Assembly (NCBI GenBank): GCA_010015585.1 | Contig: ML975152.1 | Reading direction: 5' to 3' (one strand) | DNA: 64,000 nt | Origin: Eremomyces bilateralis CBS 781.70 | Lineage: Eukaryota | In this document: positions 27,568 to 38,649 of the stretch, one piece after another | How positions within the stretch are numbered: the stretch's first letter is position 1 | How the letters are laid out: every line of letters begins with the position of its first letter | Translations under genes and position numbers: made by a program | Notes under the pieces: model-generated | Database searches by the model: none | The model's input: only the letters and a program-made list of their open reading frames with translations | Told to the model about the DNA's origin: nothing

Positions 27568-28396
27568 ATGCTCACCGCACGCACATCCGCCGCGCTTCGT
27601 GCGCACCTCGGACGACGCATGACCGCCGGCTCCGCACGAACGACGACCGCCCGCATGCAATGGGGACAGGCAACGGGGCGGGCATATTCGTCGGGGCGGC
27701 CGGAGGCGAAGAGTAATGATCTGATTTGGTGAGTTTGAGCTATTTCCCTGGGCTGCTCTGTGGCGTTGGCATGTCGCCAAATGGTCATTGGGAGGCATTG
27801 GGTCTCAATGGATGGAACAAATGTTGATGTGGGGGATTATAGGGCGTTGGTGGCGACGGCGGTGACGGCTCCGGCGGCGTATATCTTGTGGGACGGCGGA
27901 CAGAAGAAGTTGGCTGAGGTGAAGGCGCACGCGGCGCATGCACATGAGGAGCATGCGGAGGAGCATGTGGAGGGGGCGGAAACGACGGAGCAGGAGGCGA
28001 AGGAGGAGGAGAAGTCGGAGGCGGTTGAGGAGCCGAAGGAGGAGAAGAAGGAGGAGGAGGAGGTGAAGGAGGAGAAGGTGAAGGAGAAGAAGGAGGAAGA
28101 GAAGGAGGAGGAGAAGCCGGCTGAGGAGAAGCCGGTTGAGGAAGAGAAGAAGGTAAGTGTTTTAGACCGGCTCATCATCTAGAGGCACGCTAACATGTTG
28201 TAGGAGGAGAAGCCGGAGGAGAAATCAGAGGACAAGCCAGAGACCAAGTCGGAGGCCACGCCCGTCGAGGAGGCCGCTCCGTCGAAGGTACCGTTCCTCC
28301 TCGCGATCACTACATTCGTTCCAATCACATTACTAACGTCTGCCGCAGAAGGACGAGCCTACACTCGAGGCCGCGACGCCCGTGGAAAAGTCATAG
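27568..28396 (+). CDS. Hypothetical protein: putative mitochondrial presequence, one TM segment, Glu/Lys-rich tail; 4 exons
   Basis: MLTARTSAALRAHLGRR...RAYSS...SNDLIW|ALVATAVTAPAAYILW then E/K-rich exons. GT-AG introns with CTAAC branch points; TAG at 28394-28396. Confidence 0.65.
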
Positions 28397-29614
28397 AACG
28401 TGCATCACACCCCGCGTGCCGTGCCTTAGCGATGGATATCCGGAGCCAATGAAATTCATAAAAAGGGCCTGCCTATAGACATGCGTCGAAGTCGAGCGAT
28501 GCCGCCGAAAATCCTGCAATTTTGTGTAAATATGTCGTTGCTTTTCGCTGCATGTTTTTCATACGTCCGTCTTTGGCAGTTGGTTGGTTGGGTTATGGGA
28601 GAGGAGAGGGGAGGAGGTGGAATAAATCTACTGCATTGATGGTGCGAGACTTGATACTCGATCTGAATTGGTCGAACCGGTGCCACTGGTAGTCGCATAA
28701 CCCATGGTCAACAGTGCTGTATACGAGAAGTCCATCCAAGCCCTACCTTGCGAAGAGAGGAGCCAATTTAGTACCCCTCTCCCCCAGCATTCTCATTTGA
28801 GGTGGGACTCCAAACACTTATGGTACCTACTTTGTATTGTCAGCAGCAGTGCATGACTTGTATTATGAATGGGTTCGCTTAGGTAAACGACTTGCCCTAC
28901 ACGATTTATGGAAACACCAACCTGTTTAATGAAGCAGAAGCATAGACGATAGCGCTGTGGAGAGTGCAATCTATGCTCGTGACAAGGTGATGGAAAGCTT
29001 TCCTGGATATCACAATGGCTTTGGGATGCGATGTGACACTAACCGACCGATAAACCACCAACTGATGATCAATAGTACTAGCATCCTTCCGCATGTTGGA
29101 TTATAGGTCCGTAGGCCCCAAGTCCGCCCATAATAATTTTAACCCAGGTCCCATAAAACCTAAAGGCGGTAGACTCCCGGATCGCCATAGGGCGTCCTCC
29201 ATTGACGCCTCCCCAAGCCGTGGCGGCTACAGACGCGATGGGCCAATAATCTTCCCCCGCGACCCCAACGGCGACCCGTCACAATGTGATTTGACTCCGA
29301 GGGGTGTTCATCCTCGCCTTTCGAACGTGGACGAAACGGATGTACCGCGAGAATGAAATGAAGGCCTTGGGGGTAAGCTGTGGTCTGGTCGTGCTGACGT
29401 CCGCCGCTGGAGGATGACGGATCTCCTAATTATAACACTGATTACTGTCTCACCCAGCAGATACTCCGCGTCCCGATGTGTGTTTACAGTTCTCGAATCT
29501 AGATCAGGAACATCGCGGTCCTTCTTTAGGCGTCTGGGTGAGATAAGACTCAGCGGTTGTACAAGGCGCCCCTCCATCTCTGACGTCGGTTCCCGAACGA
29601 GTACACATATCATC

Positions 29615-30773
29615 ATGGTCTACCATCACGATCCCCCACCAGCGCGTCCCGTCGCCCCGAACCACCATCCACCTGTCCGCTTCTCATGGCAAACCGACTC
29701 CTCTCGACCGTTAACCACACTAGCGACCAGGCAACATCACGTCCAACCCTCATCAACGAACAACATGACGCCACCGAGCGCTCGATACTCGTACATGAAC
29801 ACGCCGATCGAAATGCAGCAGGGACGGCCGTTCCCGCCCGCGCAACAGCGGCCGGCGGAGTCGACGATACCGCAGTCGCCGCGGTCGCCTGATGCGCCGG
29901 GGGGAGGGTATGCGTCAACACGATCGCAGACGTGGGAAGATGCGGCCGACGTTAAGAAGCAGTTGGTATCCACGCCCGTGGAAGGACACGCAGCGTACTA
30001 CGCTCCAGGGCAGGACCAGTACCAGCATCCATCCGAGTCCGGCTATCGCCCACCCGAACAAGACACGCAGAAACCCTACCCACCTCCTGACGACGAGATG
30101 CAGAAGCCGACCAATCCTCCAACCATCCCCATCCCCATCCCCCATCCCCTCTTCTCCCCCGACTCCCTCCCACATCCCACCAACACCCCCCTCCACCAGC
30201 CCGGCCAAATCCCCCATCCTAACCTCGACCCTTCCGCCTCGGGAGGCAAGCAACGGTGGCGCCACGGGCTCTGCGAGTGCGGCGGTGCGGACGTGGGGAC
30301 GTGTGTGACGGGGCTGTTGTGCCCGTGCGTGCTGTACGGGAAGACGACGTATCGGCTGGAGCGGCGGGGGCGGCGGGAGGATCCGACGGAGATGTTGGGG
30401 TGGAGGTGGCTGAATGGGCGGTGTGGGATGATGGGGGTGGCGTGTGGGTTGTGGTGTGAGTTCTTCCTTTTCCTTATTCCCTTAGGCGGTGGTACCCTCG
30501 ATTTTTCGCTTAAGGCGTCGTCGGATCTGCCACTGACAAATGGCGACCACAGGTCTCTTCCCATTGTTCAATCGCACCCGCATCCGCCACCTCTACAACC
30601 TCGAAGGCTCCTTCGGTGGCGATCTGGTCGACGCGTGCTGTTGCTGCTGCTGCGTGACGGTGCAGTCGGAGCGCGAGATTCGCGATCGGGAGGAGAAGGC
30701 GAGGCGGTGGGAGGGGCCGGGGCAGGGATACGTGCCGCCGGATCCTATGGTGTATGCGCCGCCGCCGCGGTGA
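29615..30773 (+). CDS. PLAC8-family cysteine-rich protein with Pro-rich N-terminus; 2 exons (start codon uncertain)
   Basis: WRHGLCEC...CVTGLLCPCVLYGKT and RTRIRHLYNLEGSFGGDLVDACCCCCCVTVQSERE are PLAC8 signatures. Confidence 0.85.
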
Positions 30774-31457
30774 TGGGGTTGGGGTTGACTGGTAGTTCTG
30801 TTTTGGGAAGGGTAGGTTGCCATGGTGCTCGGGATGGGGAGGCGTTGAAAACACGCGACTCTTGTTTGTGTGCCTCTCTCTGTTACGAATGATGATTCGG
30901 ATATCCACTTCTGAGCGTTCGGGTGTGTATATACCGAGCAACTTCGATAGGGTCGGGATGGGGGCCATTATCGTGTCGGTGCTGGTAAGCAAGATCGTGT
31001 CTCTCGTAACCGACTCGGGGGGGTTGACTGTCAAATAAATATGCCTGTGAGGGGAAGTCAATAGGTCTCAGCGCCGACAGTAAACAATGCGAGATTCCGT
31101 CATGATGATGCATATCAATTTCCTTTATCGACAAATGCTGTGGGGTATCGAATTACATGCCGACCTACTCCGATTCCCAACCTAATCCACATAGGAAAAT
31201 CCACAACCGAAGAATAACCCAAGGATGAGGTCGAAGACCCGCCGAGTCTACCATGTTACTCCAACAAAAGGAGAGGATCGAAGTGTGAAAGGTTCGAGTT
31301 CTCTCCTGGTGGTACGTCATACAGAGGCCGAAGTCGGTGAGTGTGATCGTAAATTACAAGCGATAGAAAAGAAGGCCGTGTCCATACTCCAGGACATTGC
31401 CGTTTGATATATGGTTGGTATTCGTGATTTCGTCATGGTTCCCGGGCTAAGCATTGC

Positions 31458-32474
31458 TTAATCAAGCATTCCATGGCTATAGAAATAAAGTCAGTGATAG
31501 CCGGGTCGAAGAGAACAATGTGGTCCTTACCGAGCCATGACCGACCCCAAAACATCCATATCCAACCGTCGATCGTCGGGCAGTTCATCCACCACGGGAA
31601 CCATGCCGGCGACCTTCTCTCCCCCTCGGTAGGCGATTAGCGCCGGAACGCCAGCGATGTCGATCTCCGCTTCTTCGTAGTGGAACTTGACGAAGCGGGT
31701 GGTGTCGTATGCACGAGCAAGCTCGTGGACAACGGACTCGATCTCGTGGGAGACTCGGCTCTGTGGCACAACGTTAGAAACATCCAGGAGTGTGCGGGGC
31801 GAGAAGCATACCTTGTCATCGTAGATGAATACCACGACCGTTGTGTCTGGAGCAACCTTCTCGATCGCATCCAGATACCCCTCCCCATCCACCGTCACCA
31901 GGGATCCGAACACCCTCCTATTCTTCCTCGGGCTTGCCGTCCTTGCCCTCTTCTGCTGCAGTTTCAACTGCTCGGGCGTCTGCATCTCCCGCAATCGGTT
32001 CTCCCTCCACCTCGACAGGAAGCCATCGTCACCATCCTCGTCCAGAGCGCGGTCATCGTCCGACGAGCTCGGGCTGCGGTTCTTCTCGTTGGAGGGGGAG
32101 AGCATGGTGCGGGGGTTCAGGCGCAGGGTGCTGAAGCGGCTGGTCTTCTTGGCTTTTTCGAAGGCTAGGGCGTCGGCGATAACGCCTTTGGGGCCGGTGT
32201 TGCCCTCATAGCGGCCTTTAGGGAGGAAGTAGCGGGACCGCATGTCGGTGGTCGAGGAAGAGGCGTGGTAGAGGTCGTCGTCGTCGTCGGCGTCTTCGTC
32301 GGAGGCGGCACGGTTTCGGTGGGAGGACCGAATACCACGAGAGCGCTTCTCGGTCTCGGATGAGGAGTGTTGAGGACTGCCTTCGATATCGGAAAGGCCG
32401 GCGTCTTCGTAATGATGTGATGGACGATCCTTCTCGCTGAAGAGCTTGTTGTATTCTTCCTGTGCTTCTGACAT
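31458..32474 (-). CDS. phnA: Phosducin-like protein (PhLP1 class, PhnA/BDM-1-like); 3 exons
   Basis: NTGPKGVIADA signature, WRENRLREMQ, and a thioredoxin-like C-domain (VVVFIYDD, FVKFHY, VPALIAYRGGE). Confidence 0.85.
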
Positions 32475-33766
32475 GTTGTAGGGAGAAAAAGTCGTCGGGT
32501 TCGGGGACCAGGTGAGATCTTATGCGTTTGAGCTTAGGGCACTTCACGCGGGCAGCAGGGGAGGGACAGCGGGACGGTGACCGGGATTTCAGGATTTCAG
32601 GATTGGCAGGTTTTCTTACTAGGTTCAGAACGTGTGGTGGTGAGAGCGTGATAGCGGTAGCCGATACGACTTGGGACTTAGGAGTTAGGACGTAGGAGTC
32701 AGACTGGAACTCCGAACTCAGGAGTGGTGGACCATGGGCCTCGTGCGCAACAAGGAACATGTGGTGCTGTGGCCGAGTGAAAAAGCGCCGATCTTCCGTC
32801 ATCAATGCACGATTCTAATTTCTATGGGTTGACGTTGTTTCGAGCCTTGAGGCCACTTCACTGAGGCTTAGAAGGCCCCAGGCTGAAGATTGCGTAGGAA
32901 GAAGACCAATAGCCGGTCTGTGTGTGTGTTAGCACTTCTAGACTCCTGAATTAACTGGTCAGGGAAAACTGGAAAAGGGGGGATACACATGATGGTGGTT
33001 CAGCTGCACAATTGGGACAGGCCCCAGGGTCAATGCAAGCAGGGCATGAAATCAATGTAGTCACTTTGTATTGGGATTGGTAGGCAGTTCATTCGCTTGC
33101 AGATTCTTGCAGCTCAGCCATCTGCAGTCCTCATTCCTCAGTCGTATTGGTGATTAGAGACAGGAGAAACCGAGAAAAGGTAATCCTCATGTTTCGGATT
33201 GGACGTTGGAGGAGAAGCTGGCAGCACATCCATCGCCACGTGTAGCCCCTGCATGGCATCTTGCCCTACCGTGATTAATTCTTATTTTTTCTCCTTGGCT
33301 TCGTCTGCCACTAACCCCTTTTCTAGTTCGCGCATGGTGGAATCACTAGAATGTGCAGTGCTGATGCGCTGGAAATCTCTCGGTGACCGGTGCGTGTCTC
33401 TCTTCACTCTGTGGCCGTCACGGTGTCGGGAGTCCCGTCTAGACTCTTATAGGTCTACCACATATGCAAGGATGGTCCCATCGTTGTTTGACGGTCTTCT
33501 TTGAAACGTCCAACGAGTCAGCCTACCAGAGACTCAGAGTTGAGTTTCGCATGAGTCGCATCAAACTGACACCTTCAATTTTCATCGGAGGTGGTCCACC
33601 AGGAGGGACAATGCCCGTTTTCCCACCACCGGGACACTCCGATATCCGGCCCCGATTGAAGGTGGACGAGCAGTGAGAGCGTTTCAGAAAACATCCAGCG
33701 AACCAAATATAGGATCCTGAATTTCTGAAGGGTTTCAGAGTGAACGACAGACACTCACGCCATATG

Positions 33767-33803
33767 ACGGAGCGTAACGGAGCGTAACGGAGCGTAACGG
33801 AGC
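33767..33803. repeat. 10-bp tandem repeat ACGGAGCGTA x3.7
   Basis: Read directly from the sequence. Confidence 0.9.
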
Positions 33804-36248
33804 TGGACGTCCTCTGCGAAGATGAACCCCAGGCCCCAGCCCACGGACTCAATGCCTAACGGTCAACGTCCTTCTAGCGTGTTGCTAGAACATCGTAGCG
33901 TACCCGGAAATCCATGGAGTGGCATGGACAATATATTCGAGCCGCTGAGACCACGTAGAAGATTAATCTCGATTAGACCAATCAATTAGTTTGTGAGATG
34001 ACTAGACATGGGAATGGAGATCCCAGTAACATCGGATCCAGATATACGGATCCAGCACACAGAAGGCATCTTCAGGACTAGGCTACTACATATCATGATA
34101 CCGGTTCTCCAAATCTTCACCTCGTCACCGTAATCATCCGCAGATCAGCACTCATCTTCAGGCGACCACTTTGAGACCGCAATCATGCCCTTCTCAACTC
34201 CCCAACCCCTTCCCAATCTCAGATGGAACCATCCGACCAGCGATGATATCATCATGCGTGTCCACCAAACCGACGTACCTACATGGTCCTGCATCGGCCA
34301 CCTGCGGTGTCACCGACAATGCGAGGCAGGCGATGCACGAAGGCGGACCTGATCGTACTATGTATAGTACGAAGCCGTGCAAGTCGAACGTACTGTACTG
34401 AGGATAGGACGGCCACGACCTATCTGATTTTAGAACCTGCGTGATGAGGGTCGTAGCGAAGGCGGTCGTAAATTCGCACTCCGGATCGATGGTCAGTTCA
34501 CGCTTCTCGAGCGTCGCGGCAGAAGAATGGCCGGGTGCAAAGGATTGATGGCGGATCCCAAGCACTGTGCCCATCACCAACACGACATCAGTCAATCACG
34601 ATAGTAACACCCCTCAACCCCTCCGGTCGATCATCAAAAGGGCAGTCCATCAGTCCATGACGCCATCCCATCTCAACTCTCGACTCAGGCTCAAGCGACG
34701 TCGCCGTGCAATTTGATCCAAATACCCTCGAGCCTCCCTACCCGGCGGAGATCCCCACCCTTGAGCGGCACAGAGTAAGACATGGATGAAGGGCCGATCT
34801 TTGACACTTGGGAGTCACAAGAATAGACTATCGCGCGGCGTGTAAATGGGATGGAGCTCTCTGGTTTTTTGTTGCGTTGGTTGCTGTCCTCGGTTGTCTG
34901 TACAAGAAGTTCCCTGGGGTGTTGGTGATAGCTGTTCCTTATATCCAGCCTACATCTACCCTCACCAGCGTTCAGTCCGCTCGCTTCGATTGGGATGCAA
35001 TCGACGAGACTTCCCACCTTCGAACTAGGCAATCGAAGGCTGGATCTCCGGTCTCTCCGAACCAACCCACGCCATAGGATCGTGAAAGCAGGGTAACTGT
35101 TAACGGACTCATATTCTCACAAGCACGAGCGAATCTTGAATAAAGCGTACAAAGAACACCTCAGCGGCATCGAGACCCCGTTCTTCCCCATTTCCCTTCC
35201 CGTTCGATCCTTGCGTAAACGTTGTCGGTTCCTTGCGCATCCTATCGCCCCCGTTTGAACGATGTCGGCGTTCCTGTAACCTCGCACGACTTCACCGTGC
35301 CAAACAGCACAGGCCGGACCGCTTCCACTCCCCTCCACTGCGTTCGATACCCTACGAAACTACCGCACTCTCTTAGATGCGAGGGAAGGGAGACGCGAAG
35401 AGAAAATAACCGAAAGGGGAAGGAAAATGCCGATGCGCACGAAACCGCCACGGAATAGGAGATCGGGGAAAACTTGGGAAAGGGGATCTGGGGAGATGAG
35501 CGTGAGAAAGCGACGGGGTCGGAGATATCCAAGACGCCGACGAATCGTCTGAACATCTTTCCCACTGCGGGTCTGACACTTGCCCATCGACGGTGTTCTT
35601 TCAATGAGACGGGTGAGAAGGGGGAATGGAAGGCTGTGCGAAGGGCCGGGAAAAAGGTCACAACACAACTTCATTGTTCTCATTACGTTCCACGCCCGCG
35701 GTTTCACGAACCTCCAACCTCCAACCCCTACCCAACCCTACTCACGCGTCCTGACGTTGAAGAGAAAAAAAGGGGTCGGAGAGAAACAAACAAACAAACC
35801 AAGACCGTGCTTGATGGAACACGGTGATTTCCCCGAACCGGGGGATCATCACCCGACGGCGGTCTCTCCTTCGGCTTGATTTGTAGTTTCGAACAATAAT
35901 TGCTTGCAAAGGAGGTGGAACAAGACTTGGAATGATTGCGCCCCAATTCGTGCCGTTCGAACACCGGTCGAGAGAAAGAAAAAAACACAACAGATCAAAT
36001 CGGAAAGCCTTCCACTCCACGCCAAAGTTTGAGGGTGTCAATACTTTTTCCCGGGGAGGACGGAACGGAAAAACTCGCACCGGGAATGCTGAAATCGCGA
36101 TATCGAAGAAAGGGAGGCGAAACATGGGGGCTTCTCAGAGGAGGGACGGGGAGGAAATGGAACGGTGATTCGCGTCGTGGGGTATTAGATGTTCCAGGGC
36201 GGGTTGGATGTCGTATGTATGAGGTTCAGGAAAACGACCATGCAAGGC

Positions 36249-37650
36249 TTAGGCCCAGATTCGGAGCTGTTGGAGAGAAAACGGATTAGCAGCCAGATCG
36301 CTTAGAATTTACGACAAGATCTGAAGTCAACATACCATTGAATCCCAAGACCCGGTGCACAGACTGATCGCATCATTGCTCACACCCAAGCAGCTCACGC
36401 GGTTGTCGTGTCCTTGTAGAGTACCCACGCGTTCACCTCGAAGCACATCCCAAACCTATAGGCCAATGAGTTATTTGTTTCGACCATCGTTCTCGTTGGA
36501 AAGCATACCTTGCACTCAAAATCGTCATAACCAGCGAAGAGAAGACGCCCTGAAACTGAGAAAGCAACCGATGTGATCCCGCAAACAGGCTCACCGATCT
36601 GGAAAGTCGTCAGTTGGTGGATACTTGCAACGAGAATCGCAACGGGACGGCCTGCAAGCCGATCCCTTGCGCCAATATGTACGCACCGTGTAGCTCTGCA
36701 ATTCCCGGTCGGCGCGAATGTCAAACAGACGGCAAGATGCATCGTCGGAACCGGTACCGAACGCGTTACCGTTCGGGAAATACTGAATCGCGTTGATATC
36801 CGAATCGTGCGCCGCGAACGTCTGCACGCATTTCTGCGCGCGGATGTCCCACAGCTTCGCGAACGCGTCGCACGCGCCCGACACGAACTGGTTGTTGTCG
36901 AGCGGATTGATGCTCAGGCTCATCACGTCGCCCAGGTGGTCGGCGAACTCGTGGATCTTCGCGCCCGTCTCGACGTCCCAAAGGACACAGGTCATGTCGC
37001 CGGAGGAGGTCAGGATGCGGCGGTCATTGATGAACCGACAGCAGCTGAGGTAGCCGGAGTGGCCCGAGAGCTCGCGAGCGACGCGCGTGGGCCCTTCTCG
37101 CGCCGACAGGTTGTAGATGGAGCAGATGTTGTCGAGGCCACCGCAGGCGACGTAGTTGCCGGACGGTGAGTAGGCGCAGGTCATGACCCAGGAGGAGCGG
37201 AGGGGGATGGCATGGACTTTGTTGGTCGTGTAGGCGTCCCAGATGATGAGTTTTCCATCCTGCGATGCCGAGACGAGATGTCTTCGGTCCGTGGACCAAT
37301 GCATCGCGTAGATTTTGGCGAGATGGCCTTTGAGGGTTCGCTTGGTTTTCATCGCAAGCCTGGGAAGTTGGTCGACTCGTGACCGGGCCACATCGCGCAC
37401 TAAAGACCACATCAATTAGCGAATCCATCGTGTCAATTAACGGATATGAACGAAGATAAGTCGATTGCAGCAACGGTCGACCGACGACACGTCGGATGCA
37501 TTGGAAGGTCGACGGAGCTGGAGGAAGCAGCTTACGTGTTGTGTCGGCAAGTTCATCCTTCTTTCGCTTTATCCGGTCCTTCAAAGCTTCTGCATCGCGG
37601 CGAGCGGCTTGAATGCGCTGTTGGAGGGTATCAGCGTTCATGTCGGACAT
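36249..37650 (-). CDS. sfaD: Heterotrimeric G-protein beta subunit (SfaD/GNB-1 orthologue); multi-exon
   Basis: [69 protein letters not shown]40 repeats; ends LRIWA*. Confidence 0.97.
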
Positions 37651-38649
37651 GCCAGGTGGTCGACGAGGTCGAATCGCTGATCGTAGAGCGAGAGAGAGGA
37701 GAGAGCGACGACCAAAGGAGGAGAAGTCAGAGGACAATCAGCAATCACAGCCCAGGGATAGTGGAGATGCGAGGTGGTCAAGCGTCCACTGTTCGGGTAC
37801 GGCACAACTAAAATACGAGGTATGAGTTGGGGTGGGGGGGAGCCGAATCACAACGGGGAATGGCAATGACGAGAACAAGGCAGATGATGACAAAATGAAG
37901 ATTCGGTGATGGCAGAACGGAAGTGGGACGATTGAGGAGTGAGAGGAAGACCGAGAGCTGGAGATCCAAGGTGGTCGGACTAGTGGTAGTAGGCCAAGGC
38001 CCGAAGCTGGAGCAGTTGGTCGGCAGACTAGTGGTTGTACCGTGTATTAGGCACTAGGTATACCGTATAGGTAGGCTGAAGAATAAGAAGCAACCAAGTC
38101 CGTGAGGATGGAGGAAGTATTATGAAGCAATGAATTCCAAGGACGAGGTTGCGCCGGACGTGGAAGAGGAACGTGCGGAGTAGTGCGATACGGTGGCCGG
38201 TGCAGCGATGGTATGTGCGCCGGATGAGAGGGAAATAGGATAGACAAATAGGATGGAGAATTAGAAAGTTGAAGGATAAGGTTGAAGGATGAACGTCGTG
38301 TAGTGGTGCAGTTAGAGTCTGAGGAGCGAGGAGTGGGTTGCCGCAGCGAGATTATTGATGGATTCGGTTGAGATCTGGTGCCGATGGGGAACGGCGGAGA
38401 ACTGGCTGTCGAGTGGAGAGGGAGGGAAGGATGGGAGAGAGAGACGGGGGAGTCAGTTTGGTCACTGGAGTGTCTGTGTGCCCAGTACCAGCCCAGGACC
38501 CAGGACTCAGCAAAGGAGTGTGTGCTGGTGCAGTCCTGACTTATAGAGTGTGGGTGATGGAATAATAGTATGTAGAATAACAATACTGGAATTCCACTCT
38601 GACTGTCACTGGGCCGAACTTTGAATTGAAGAAGCTCCTGCTTGTTCTC

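Noticed and set aside
33371..33385. GGAAATCTCTCGGTG resembling RNase P CR-I
   Set aside because: Poor match and no CR-V/P4 partner found.
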